DNA of 64,000 nt from Cirrosporium novae-zelandiae (lineage: Eukaryota). A model generated the notes under the pieces. It saw nothing but the letters and a program-made list of their open reading frames with translations, had not been told where the DNA came from and did not search any database. Below are positions 27,101-39,975 of the stretch, piece by piece. The stretch lies in the NCBI GenBank assembly GCA_026023565.1, contig JAPETS010000009.1:124001-188000 (forward strand). Reading direction: 5' to 3'. Both the position numbers and the translations under genes were made by a program. How positions within the stretch are numbered: the first letter of the stretch is position 1; each line of letters starts with the position of its first letter.

Positions 27101-29117
27101 AAAGCTGCATAGGGTGCTTGTCGGGCCGGATCAAATTTGGCAGAAGCAAAATAGCCATGCTTCCTGATGTGGGCCTGCACACTCTGGACCAAGCTTGACT
27201 TTCCCATTCCTGCACCACCAATTATACTAATCACCTCACATCGTCCCCTTTTGAAGAATTTGGTGCTTCCACGGCGACGGGTTACCCCACCAACGCCTTC
27301 GGGACCCCGGATTTCGCCAGTTCCCAGACTAGTAACCGTGGAGCCATGCTTATCTGGACTCTCGTTGGGGGACCTTGATCGGAACGAATCTCTGCCATTA
27401 GATCCATCCACCAATCGTACAGTTCCGGCTGAATCAATACTTTCTCGTGAACCTTCTCTCATGTTCTTCGTGGAAATGAATGCAGGAGCCATTTGAAGTG
27501 AGTTGTTTCTTACTTCCCGGTTAAGGTCGCCTCGAATACTACTATTCTCACTCGACCCCTCATCGATGCGAACTTCTGATATGGAGGAATTTGAGCTGAT
27601 GCTGTGCAGACCACCTCCTTTCGCATTTGACCTGACCTGAACTCTCGAAATCTTTTCGATTACCTTGGATATCTTATCTATGGCCTCCTTTCTTCCAAGC
27701 ATGACGCCGGGAAGCACAAAGAATGCAGATACATCTTTCTGTCCCACCTTGAAATTTTCCAATTCTTCACTATCACCATTGCTAAATAACCTTTGAACTT
27801 CTATGAGGTCATGCTTTAAACCGCTAACCGATTGATATCGATCTTCCAATTGCTTCTGTCCCATCTTCTGGACAATGTCAGAGAGCGCCTTAGGAACGTC
27901 GAGGCGTTTCTCGGAAAGGGGTGATATACGGCGACCTAGGACACTCTGGACAATATCCATCGGGGTCGGACCATCATGGGCTGGTTTGCCACTCAACATG
28001 ACATAGAATAAAATGCCAAGACTGTAAATGTCTGTTCGGCTATCGGGCTCTGCATTTCCGCGCCCGGTCTGTTCAGGCGCAATAAATTGTAACTTGTTTT
28101 TTATTCCTATTTCTCGTGAAAGGAGAGACCATCCTTCACTCGTAAGCCCATTCTCAAAAGATTTGGGGCCAGACCCAAAATTTATGAGTTTTACCGACCC
28201 TGTTTCCTGATTGTAGTGAAAAGCATCCGCACGAATCTCGCCATGAATGACGTGTTGACCATGGTGTAATAGCTCCAAGCATTCACAGCATCCAACGGCA
28301 AGATCGAAAAACAGAGGTAGGGAAAATTGGTTCCCCGGGCTAGACGTGTTGCTGCCGGCCCAGTCTTGGGCATTGGCAGTTCCATACCACGAATTTCTAT
28401 TTCTTTCGTTCCAGACACTTTTGGTGCCTGATGACCCATACCATGCGGTTCCGAAGTTGACCAATTCTTTCAGATAGTTTCGTCCTGGAGATTGAAATAT
28501 TGATACGGTCAACATCTCTTCGTTGGGTTGGGTTGGGGCAAGGTGAAATAAATCTATCGGTCGAACGGTATGCCTGCATTCCGGATCTGCAGTCGCGATA
28601 AGACTCTTGCACATCTGAAATTCCCGCTCCAACCGTAGATGGTGAACCGATATTCTTGTAATGACTGGCATCCATCCTTGCTGTTCTTGTTTTGTTTCCG
28701 ATGACGACGTTTCACTACCAGCATCACTGCTCATACTAGTCCGATGATGTCGAAAGCGGGGTCGAGCACCAGCTCCGCGGGGAGAATCCTTGGAGGATAT
28801 AGATCGCTGAGGGGCGGAGATGGAGGTAGCAGTTGTATTCGGTTCTTCCGGAGCATGTCGAATTCCATGGACGTGCCAATTATCATAACTCTATCATCGC
28901 ATTATCAGTGGTAAAGCCCAAAAAGTCATTTCAAGAGCTTACTGAGTGAAAGGGCTCAATAGTAGTATCCCAGGTATAGCCAGAGATCTGGGCCTAATCC
29001 TTGCCGTCAACAACATGATGGATGGGGTGCCGACAAAGGCAAACATACCAGACGATCAAAGAGGCGCGGGGGAATGGGTGGAGCCTCTTCGGGATTCGGG
29101 CTCAGGTTACCCTCCAT
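21175..29117 (-). CDS. Group X hybrid histidine kinase (Candida Chk1 / S. pombe Mak2-3 type): kinase-like, P-loop ATPase, helical repeats, GAF, HisKA, HATPase, receiver; ~2540 aa, 6 introns
   Basis: Exons: 29117-29049, 28993-28943, 28890-25080, 25027-24971, 24922-24715, 24655-23766, 23711-21175; all introns GT-AG and frame-consistent (7623 nt). Motifs: RLAQISGYTWD...PFHSSYDNWHV, HGEIRADAF/NFG/APE, GGAGMGKS, CLCFDD, GAF (LLGSIYLEG), ANVSHELRTPLNG, NLLSNSYKFT, DTGIGI, GGSGLGLSI, AEDNPINQ, DVQMPVLDG, YLAKP. Confidence 0.96.
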
Positions 29118-32100
29118 GATGGATATCAAGGTATTCGTGGAAAAAGAAGATGCATTGCCGTTGCCGTAAGGAAGGTGTGAAAAAAAGTAGGATGAATCTG
29201 GGGTGAAATATTGGTCTTAGGATGGTCAAAGTTCAGATGCGGACTTTGACATACTCAGCATCTCAGCGATTACTCTTTCAAATGCTAACGGCGCAGATGT
29301 ATCAGAGCTTTAGAACTTAGTTGGACGAATAGGTCAACTCTGATGGCGTCTCTCTCTAGTGACAAATCAGAGGACATTGGCCGACACCTCCCTTGGAGCA
29401 ACCTAGAAGGCCTCGCTAAACCTTGATTCTGGAGAATAACTACAAGTTTGAATATTATAAATAACACGAAAATAAATGAATCAATTTGAACGAGAGAATT
29501 CCGAAAATCTCTGTTTACATGTTAAGGATTGCCTGGAGATATATGCATTATGCAACCTTTAACCGTCAGCTAATTTGACCATTTGTGGCATTTATTTGCT
29601 ACTCTGATTGAACCAATTGCTTGTTCGTCTCCACTGAAAATTCCAGTGCAGATGACCGTACAAGGCCAAGATCCCCACCACAGAAAGGCCGATACATTAG
29701 TGAGAAGTCACGATGAAAAGTGAATATAATACATACTCTCGGATAAAACCGACTATGAAAGATAAGTAAATACTATATAAGGATAAGGTTTACTCATGTG
29801 CGAGGAGGGGCTTTAACGGTGGACCATTTTAATTTTTTAATTTTTATTTATTTTATTTTATTTTTATTATTTTATTTTATTTTTATTTATTTTATTTTAT
29901 TTTATTTTGACGGGGCAACTGACTAAAAGATGTATGAAATGTGAAAACCTATGAAGGTATTCATACCATCTAAAAGAGCTTCCCAGTAGTCAGTATAATT
30001 CGAAGCATCCAGAGCCATGGAAACACTACTCGTCTGCTACTCGGCCGCTTAACTAATTTCTGATAAGCTTCCTTGATACTATCCGAAGGGTCCCTGGCTG
30101 GTGATTGCGTACATAAGCGCAATACGGAATACGATGTACTGTAATCACATATTCCCTACTCCGTCTACCGTAATTCACATTCTGATTCACCGTCATATGG
30201 TACAGTACATATACATGACGCATGATGCATTATTCTTTGCTTCACTTTTTGGAGTTTGTTAGCCCCTCCACTCCTTTTTAAAACTATGGTCATTTCCTTG
30301 GATCATTCTGCCATCTTCTTTTCTTGTATTCAATTTATACCAACTATCATTATCAATATTTGTATATTAACAAACCTGATGAATTTATTTACTATGACAA
30401 ATGTTTTATGATAACCAAGAGGATATTGAGCTACACAATGACCATAGATCATTTATGATCTTGGTGATAATTATCCAACTATACATCTTCGCCTACTTAG
30501 TTCATCTACTTCCTTCTAGTCACTCTCCCATTTTCACACTTTCATCGTCACACTCTCCCACCTTCAATGTTGTTTTCATTTTCAAAATAGACCTTTCGAA
30601 ATTCAGTTGTTTCATACGTCGTATATCTTTAATTCTATGCTATGTTATAAACAACGTGAACCTGATACTTTGACATTCTAAGTGGATCTGCTTACCTTTT
30701 GTTGCTTACCGAACTAACATTGCTCTTATTTCGATAACAGAACAGAATGCATTGTTCGACTTACTACCAATAAAATATTGAGCTTGTCTTAATAATTTCT
30801 ACCCTAAAATCGTTCACGCAATGGAGACATGAAATGAATACCTCATATAAGTTCAGACCAACTTACCAACAGCAACCTTCTACTTCTCAAGCATTCTATA
30901 CACATCTATTGAAAGGGTCTCTTTGGGGAACAAGATAGCGAGCCTATGTTTTTATTCTGATATTACCAAACCCTTTAACTGGGAAACCATCACAATGTCC
31001 TATCCGACGTTGGTAATACCATAGCCATGTATACTACAGTCGAAATCAAACACGATCCATTCGAGCAGATGGATATCAAACGAAGCATACCCGGCTAGCA
31101 GGAAAGCGTCGTAGTGGCCCCAGCAAAGGTGGTCGTGAGCCCGTCACCCATGCTGATGCGTTTGGTGGTGAACTGGATCCGGAGAAGGGGTAAGGGATGC
31201 CAGGCTCTCCGAACTATCAGCGTAAATTCTACCTAGGCAACGAATCAAGAAATCTAATATGCGGTATCATGATTCCAATCACCTGTACCACTAGTTAAGC
31301 GACCTAGAGATTGGGAGTTGATCAGAGCAATAACAATGCACCAAGTTAGATAGTACCAATTAGTGCGAGATGTGATTTTAATCTATTATACCACCCCCTT
31401 GAACCATTGAAGTTACGGATCCAATGTTAGTTCGGGCATAACCAAGAAAAATCTCACTCTGCTAATTCAGAGAAGCTTATATCTTTGTCATCGTAGGACC
31501 TCCCCAAGTAATCGGGTTTTGGGTCCATGAAATAAATGGCACTATGCCGCCGCTCAAGCAAAACTGAGCCTTTCGGTTCCACTCGAAAATGTTCGCATTG
31601 ATACAGGTGCACGAATTGGTTTGATTGACCGCACATTTTTGCTGTGTCAAAATTCCAATGCCTATATCAAGCAGTCTACTGCCGCCGCCTAGTTACTTAT
31701 TAGCTGGCTATACATTTATTGTTGATAATATGACTTATTTACCCAGGATATGCATGTATGGAAGAAAACGCACCTCAACGAGAGACGCAAGTGACTACTC
31801 AACAACAGACAACTGGATAGAACTCCTTGAGTGGAGGATCATCACCAAAGTCAAGAAAATAACATATTCGATGAATTCGACCTAACATCCATCTCCACCT
31901 ATAACAACAGCCAGCCTCAGAATCCATACCGCTACGTTTTTCGGTACTCTGGAATATACCAACACGAGACCACCGACAAGATCATCAAAAAGATACTTGT
32001 TGACATTGCACCAACCATCAGGGTGCATCCACTACTATTTGGGATCCGTCACGAATCCAAAGGTCTCGTTGTCAGGACATGGGATTAATGGAAGAAAGGA

Positions 32101-33899
32101 TGATTTGATCCAACAATAACAATGGAAACGTGGCCACCCTCCTCCATTTGAACCCAATCATCTTTATCAAACCATCAAAGTCCCGTTGATTCCCAAGATT
32201 GAATACCATCTCCATATTATCTATTCAATCAACCAAGTCAGCTTCAGTAGACTTCCAGCTTATGAAGCGTCTTCCTGGCTAACCAGCGACTTTCAGTTCA
32301 ATAGAAATATATTAGCAGATAGCGAAGAGTTTCTGTCTCATAGCTAGACCACAAAACCATAAACCTAGCAGCAAAGTTCAAAAGAAGACCACGAGGGACA
32401 TATACATCGACATCTTCTCCCCCACCTCATCTACTGAGAGCACTAGAAGCTCTCAATACGCTTTTTCTGGTGATGACCTACCTTCCTCGTCTCGCGAAAG
32501 ACACCCATTTATGAACCGATTCTTCCCACTTAGGCGACGAGGAAGTAAAGGAATCACGAAACAGACAAGGCCAACGCACAAACAATACAGAGAACGAGGC
32601 CCACCCTAATTCTAATTTAGATACTAAAATCACAAATTCCCTTGATACTAGGAGCGTTCCTCAACAATCTGGATACTATATCTACAATCACGTTTCTCAT
32701 ATACTATCTAGACCTCCCAAGCTAATACTTCAAGCCTACATTAAGTCCTTTCACACCATACGTACTCGGATCATGAACTTACAGGAATACAGGGTGGCGC
32801 CCCAACCCAGGCCAATGGCAAATGCGTTCGCAATTCCTCCCCGCCCGCTTCTTTCTTCAATCTCACTATCGATCCGACAAATCTTATCTCATTTTTCTAA
32901 CTATTATCATACACCAATGTCTACTTTCAAGGGTTCTCTCCAAGACGACTATTTAAAAGATTCAGATCACCGTCCCCCCCCCCTCCGACGTGCTCGGTCC
33001 TTGACTAGTCGTCTCTCGGGCCTCGTATATTAAGGCGGGATTTATACAAAAGTAAGTATACTTATATAGTTACGATCCGTAACTACAACTAACTTATATA
33101 ATCTTGGACCTCCTTGGGAAATATAGTTTTATATTAGCAGTACAGTCACAGAAAAACGGTCGTTGGGATAAAACATATATTTTCGTTCTTTTGGTGAAAT
33201 ACATTAAGGGCTGTTGTGGGTTAGTAACGATTAGATTCCACCACAAGTCAACTATTCTAAGTAGGCAAAAGAGAACTAAATCAAATTTCAACAATGGTCG
33301 AATAACAGAATATAAAAAGCTCCAGAGCAAGACACCGCCACATCCCAACCCATCTACCTCAAACAACAAACTCTATCAAAATCATAACACAACACAACCC
33401 CCCCCCCACACACACAAATACCTTCACCAAAAATATATATATCATCAAATCCCAACAATCCAGATAGTCAATCAATACACCAACAAAACCCGAATCCGAA
33501 CAAACCATCAAGATATATCAAATTCGCTCCCCCAACAGCTCACGGATGCGGATCCACTTTCTATGGAATATACAAAAGGGAAAGCCAGGCAGTCATAAAA
33601 GCACAGCGGTAACCGGTTACGACTCGTCGCTTCTTGCAATAAAAAAAGAAACCGGAGATATCACCAATGGCCAAACTAGGTTTCCCTAAATTTTCCACCT
33701 CCTTCACCTCTTCACCTCGCCTTTAAGGTCTCTCGTCACCTCCACCCCGAGCTGTCTGTCGTGAACTATGAAGTATCCATTACTTATCATATTATATCTA
33801 CGGATTCACCCCTCTCACCCCCTCACTAATAATATGGATAGAATATACGAAACATACGAACCTTTCACTACCACCACCACTTCCCAAAGCCATAATACC

Positions 33900-35187
33900 G
33901 AGTCCGAGTTCACCCCCCCCCCTCCCTGCTCCCGCCCTTATCAACCCTTTCATAGAACCCGAAACCAAACTTCCCCAATTCCCAAATTCCTAACCCACCT
34001 CTTTCCTATAATGATGGGGGGGGGGGGGGGGGTCGATTTAGGTAAAAGGCCTAGCGAAAAAAGAAAACCTAACTTATAAGTAAAGTAAAAAAAAAAAAAA
34101 ATCAAAAGAAAAAGAAAGGGTTTTTTATACGTAAGGAGAAATAAACAGAAAAAGAACCAGTTATCCCCTTTCTTTCATTCCATTCCTTCATATATATCTA
34201 CAATAAATAACTCAAGACCCACCCACTTCTTCTACCCAACCCGACAAAAAATAAAAAGGGGGAAGGGGGGGGGAATGAAAATAAATGAAAATAAATGAAA
34301 ATAAATGAAAATGAATGAAAGGGTTTTTCAATTCAGAAAGGGCGGTTGGTGGTATACATAGAAATAGGAAATGGGGATAATGATGGCAATATCTCAACTA
34401 TTGTATACATACATATATACATATATACATATATTATTATCAACTTGAACTTGATTTAAATTCTATTACTTTACTGCACTGCACTGTACTGCTTAACGCC
34501 TCCCTATATAGGTTATACTCTAGTCCAACTTCCCATTCCATTTTACTTCACACCCAAATCCCCACCTAACCCAAAGCTCAAACCCCAAGTATCCCATCCC
34601 ATCCCATCCGTTCCCGTTTCCCATTTCCTCGAAAAAAAAGAAAAAAAGAAAGGGAAATGAAATAAAAGTACCTACCCATCTATCAATCTACCACTATACT
34701 AGATATCCCACCCTTAGCTTATCCACCACCACCATCAGATATATATTCCAGCATCAGTGCCATGTATCCTTTACAACGTAGTAGATAAAAAAATGTATAA
34801 TAAGCCCTATTTCCACTATTTCTCTATATTCCACCACTCCCATCTCAACTAAAACTTCTTTTTTTATAGCCATCTTTTCTTTCCCCTTTCCAAGTCTTTG
34901 TTTCTTTTGCTGTGGAATGATAATAATAATAATAATAATAATATTAAGTATAGTATATAGGAAATGGGTGTGGGGGGGGTATTTTGGAGGAGGAGTTATG
35001 GTTTACAAGCTTGGGGCGTTAAGAGGTATTTGGTTGAAAATTGGGGAGTGAGAAGTTAAGACTTGTAATTAGTGAGAATTACGACTTAGAGTAAGACTTT
35101 TATCTAGAGCTAGAGTAAGTAAGAGTGAAAGGGGTGGATATACACCTATAGTACCTACCTGCATGCCTATCAATTAACTTTAATTAG

Positions 35188-35222
<35 letters not shown>

Positions 35223-35968
35223 CTCTCTCTCTCTCTTCCTACCCTAGAATTTGAGAATTTGAGCGGATATAAGTATAGAAACATATAAGCCGTCGTCGTT
35301 GTGGTAAGTGCTGATTTTTTAGATCTAAATATAATAAGGGGATAAGGGAGATAGCATAGCATAGGATAGCAGAGCATATACTAACCGTCTAGAAATAATA
35401 AGGAGCCTTCCTACTCTTAAAGTTTAAAAAGAGAGAGACAGCGGTTTGCCCATGGGGTTTAGGTTTTGTAATTATCTGTTAAGAATCTAGGTAACTAACG
35501 TTGGAACGGGTGATAAATATGGATGTTTGGTTGTGGGTGTTGGATAGGTAGGTACTTACTTTTCTATATTGCTACAGAAAGAGAGAGAGAGAGAGCTGTA
35601 GTCCGTGGTCCGTGGTTCGTAGCCCATGGGGGTTGGGGTTTGGGTAATTAACTTAATTAACTTTAGAGCTTGTGGTGACTCCTACTTTGATATAGAAGGG
35701 AGAGAGCCATGGTTTGTGATCCGTGGTCCGTAGAGTTTGATCCGTGAGTTTTGGGGTTTTGTAATTAATCTTGTAGTGGGTGATGAATGGTAGGTGGTGG
35801 ATAATAGGTGTTTGGGTAGGTAGGTAGCGACTTTGCTATACTACAGAGAAAGAGAGAGAGAGAGAAAGAGAGCCTAGGTTGGTCTGGCTAGACTGGTCGT
35901 GCCATCATAGTAATTAGCAATAGTAGCCATAATAGGGGATTTGGAAAGGTGTGTTGTTAGAAAACAGC

Positions 35969-36008
<40 letters not shown>

Positions 36009-37000
36009 GCAATAGCGGTATCATTCTAGAACCCAACCAACCCAACCCAACACTCATCCCTCCCTACCTACCCCAAAAGGACGTACGATATTGTTAACAG
36101 CACCTATATTCCTATATCCTATATCCTATCCTAAACATTTGGATATGGTATGGATATGGATATCCCACGTCGTCCTTCTGGCTTTGTTGGCTTAAGTTAG
36201 GGTAAGAAGGTAAGACTGTTGGCTTGGTTTGGGATTTTAATGGATGGATGTTTAGGGTTGGATATTTAAGGGTTGGGATTTTGGGATGTTGGGGATATAT
36301 AACCTAGCTAGCTGATTGTGCTGTAATAACAGTAATAACAGTAATAACAACAATGACAGTATTAAAACCCAACCCAATCCAACACTCTTCCCTCCCTACC
36401 TTACCTACTTACCTACCCAACCCCCCACCTAACCAAAGCCTAGCCCGAACCCCAAATCCCAAAGCTCAAAGCACATAGGACGTACGACGTAGGATATTGT
36501 TAACAGCACCAATATCCTATGTCCTATCCTAACGCGCTAAGTATGGTATAGGTATGGTATTCTGTATTAGATATCCCACATCCCACATCCCTTTTGGGTT
36601 TGGGTTTGGATTTGGCTTATGTTAAGTGGGTGGGAAGGTAGGTAAGAAGGTAGGTAAGAAGGTAGGTAAGAGTGTTTTGTTGGCCTTGCTTTGCGTTCGT
36701 AATGGATGGATGGATGGATGTATGTTTAGGGTTGGGATTTTGGGATGGTAGGATGGTAGGATAGGATGGTGGGATATATAGCCTGACTACACTTCCATCA
36801 CCTCCCCGATTAAGATGCACCTTTTATTATTTCTGGTTTTTTTTTTCAAAAAAAAAGAATAGATAATCAAGTCAACTAACTACCTATTGTTTCTTTCTTT
36901 CTTCTTCTTGTAGCATTCGTTCAGGTAAAGAATAATAAGAATAATCATCATAACCCATCATCAATCAAACGCACACATACCACAACCACATCACATCACA
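33900..37000. repeat. Low-complexity region with microsatellites ((CA)n/(CT)n ~35190-35235, (CAA)n ~35968-36008) and eroded tandem duplications
   Basis: Directly visible. Two or three related units at 35430-35870 and two related units at ~35965-36310 and ~36324-36790. Confidence 0.8.
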
Positions 37001-37333
37001 TTACATAATCATTTATTCCTTCTCAGTTCCGAAAAAAAAGATCTGGGTCATGTCATGTCATGTCACGTTTTTCATTGATTGGGTTGATGAAAAAGAAAGA
37101 AAGAATAGGGGGGGGGGGAATAGAAGACTCCATATGATGACAAGAAGGACCAACAGCAGTGCTCAAAAAAATTTAATGGGGGTATCTACGAAAACCAGGG
37201 CAGTCGTAAAACGGTCGTTGTTCATAAAGACGTCAAAGCATCATCATCAATTCCAGATAGATGGATGCGCGCACACATCCACACCCATACACCCACACAA
37301 TATGCATCCATGCATGCGTCAATCAAATCCTCC

Positions 37334-38938
37334 TTATATGTCCCAAGGATAATCCGCCTCGAGAACCTTGGTGCAGGTGAGATATCCTAACCCGCCTCCA
37401 TCTCTCCCCAGATCCAGTTCCAGGGAATTCCGCATTAGGGGTTTCACGATATCCTGAGCGAGATGTTTGATTTCATCCATACGTCTCTCGAATTTCTTGA
37501 GCGCATCTCTACTGTAATCGTCGGGTCTCAGCTTTAGGAATTTTTTCGTCTCGTCGTGTGCTAGGTATGCAGTACCACCAGTGCCGATTAAACGGTATAT
37601 TTTTCCAGTGTTGAATTTCGGAGGTGGTGGGGGCAATGCGTGCGACGAGGTACCATTGGCATTGCGGTGCTTGAGGATGGGTGCAGGTGGGGGCGTGGTG
37701 TTTTCAGCCAGCCACTGGCGGAAAAGTGATACGGCCAGCCAATCCAGATAGGCATTGTGAGGGGTTACTCGTTCACCTCTGGAGGTTGTGAGGGTGAGCC
37801 TGAATAATTTGCTTTCCACCTTTGATTTCATGTCCTCGATTTCCTCCACCTTGTCTTCGATAATATCGAGGACCAAATCGGGGAGGCTGTTGTTTAGTTG
37901 GTTTGCACCTGCAGGCCATTGCCCGACGACATGGATCAGCGCTTCAGAGAATATGATCTTGGAACGAGCCAGGTATCCAAGCTTAAGATACGAGGGCGGG
38001 TATTTTGCAATTTGCTTAAACAGTTGTCGTCCGAATCGGAGCATATGATGATCCACCCGTGGCCCAATAACTTCCAACGCATCGTATATTTCCGCAAGTC
38101 CTAGCAAAGACTTGCATTCCGCATAAGACCCTGCGATATTGACGGCATCCAAGGTAGGCGGGTAGTTATAAAATATTCGAAAGAGGTTGTCATAGTCCCG
38201 AATCGTACGGTCGGCTGGGGTTCCAGACGAAGGAAGATGGGTGGTTGAAGAGAGGGCGGTGAGATTTGCCATGGATCGAAAGAATCCTGACTGCGGTGTC
38301 GGAGGTTTATTACGAACTGGAGGTGGTCTTGAACTTGGACTATCTGGAAAGAAGCTGGAGGAATTCGGGTCCTATTGTAACATTGTTAGCAATGTCGGGA
38401 CAACCACTCCAAAAAATATTCTGACCTTTTGGATTAATATTGGCGTGTCGCCATCCTCTGTATTATGCCAATCCAGTTCATATCTCCATCTCATCCCACC
38501 ATTAGCAGTTGGCGCCGAGGAAGACTGCACGAGTTCTGAATCTGCCGCTTCATTTTCTGTAATCCTCGATAACCCTCCAGCCGATTCCTGTGAGGACCGT
38601 AACTGCGCCTGCGCACGCGAACATTGCTCGCTTGTACTCTCTTCAAAGAATCCTGAACATTGTGCCAAAATCAAGCGATGCAATAGATATTTCTTTTCTT
38701 GTCCATGTGATTTGATGATGATCTCGACATCGCCCGTGTAAGAAAAGAAAGGAAAGTCGTTTTGTGTGGAGTGGTGATGGTGGTGAGAAGCTGCGCCGGC
38801 ATGGGATTGATTGTAGCGGTGTCGGCGCGAAGATGTGGCTCTAGAGACTGCCGAGGGAGGTCTTCGGACTAGAGTCCGTTCAGTGTCTGGTTGTGAAACC
38901 ATTTGAGGACGGTTGGGTGATGCAGGGGAGCTCGTCAT
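37334..38938 (-). CDS. Conserved fungal protein with an N-terminal BTB/POZ-like segment; intron 38425-38372
   Basis: GDVEIII...KKYLLHRLILAQCSGFFE is BTB-like. It continues YDNLFRIFYNYPP...ECKSLLGLAEIYDAL...IFSEALIHVVGQWP. A 54-nt GTCAGA...GCTAAC...TAG intron joins ORF 38372..38938 to ORF 37334..38272 in frame. Confidence 0.88.
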
Positions 38939-39360
38939 CTCATATAAGGAAACGTAGGATCATTCTGAGTTTTTTTTTCAAACCGCGATGGAAAGCGACA
39001 GATTCAGATCATGTAGTTCTATGTTCAGAACGCGACTTATTTTCCCCCTTCAGTGTGCCTTGTGAGGATGTTTATGTTTTGCCTCACCCCGCTGTCCGAG
39101 CTCAAAGATGTTTGGATGAAAGTGTTCCACCTGACAACGACCCTTGACTAGGATAGGATGGTCATCGAGGTCCCAGGAACCAGTGCAACCAAGATTGATT
39201 GAAAGCAGCCAAAATCCAAAGATCTTTGTTGGCTGGTTTGTATCAAAGCAAATTCTTGGTGGGAAGCTGTCCAAGGAATGAATAATAATGATGATGGTTG
39301 GAAGTTATTTTTATGATCTCGTCCACCTCTTGAAGCTTGAAGCTTGAATCCACACCTTAG

Positions 39361-39492
39361 GATTTCGTGTATTTCTTGTATTTCTTGTATTTTTTGTATT
39401 TTTTGTATTTCTTGTAATCTTTGTAATTCTGATAATTCTTGTATTCTTGTAATTTGTACTTCTGATAATCCTTGCAATCCTTGTAATTCTTG
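39361..39492. repeat. 9-bp minisatellite (consensus TTCTTGTAW), about 14 degenerate copies
   Basis: atttcttgta tttcttgtat tttttgtatt ttttgtattt cttgtaatct ttgtaattct ... ccttgcaatc cttgtaattc. Confidence 0.85.
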
Positions 39493-39975
39493 GACTGTTG
39501 GACACTGTTGGCTTGTCACAGGAATTATAAGTAGGTGGCCTGGATGCTCTTCAGCATGCTGTCCGACTCCAAAGGCAAAAAAAAGGGCAAAAAAAGGAGC
39601 AAAAAAAAGCTTCTCTTAAAGCTATCCACAACTGGATGCATCATGCAGCTTGAGACTTGAGCGATGGCGGTCGTGGGCCAGTCCGCAGACAAACAATTGT
39701 GGACTTGGTAGACAACCGTTTCCTTTGGTCTTCGTCCGAGTCAAAACCACCCAATAGTCGGCATCACACACCCGTTTACAAGGCCCTTGTCCAGCTGAGG
39801 ACTGCCGCTTATCACCGCCATTCAAGACCGTCAAACCATGTACCTTAAAAGTGTTAAATGATAAATCCCACCAACAAAAGTCGAATGACTTAAAGGCCGT
39901 TATTATGGTGTAAATATACAAAGTATGCTCTAGAAGCAAGGGCATCAAAAATCTATGGTCTTTTGAGTCATATGT

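Noticed and set aside
21167..27496. Plus-strand ORFs antisense to the histidine kinase (e.g. 21167..21763), and similar shadows over other genes
   Set aside because: They are antisense shadows of real coding sequence with no independent motifs.
33053..33085. Palindrome TAAGTATACTTA plus hairpin TAGTTACG-ATC-CGTAACTA as a Helitron end or terminator
   Set aside because: No CTRR end follows, and short AT-rich stems arise by chance.
4570..36740. Scattered TTAGGG as telomeric sequence
   Set aside because: Only isolated hexamers in G/T-rich tracts, never a tandem array.
8177..39492. CRISPR-like reading of the short repeat arrays
   Set aside because: The units are contiguous with no unique spacers, there are no cas genes, and the DNA is eukaryotic.
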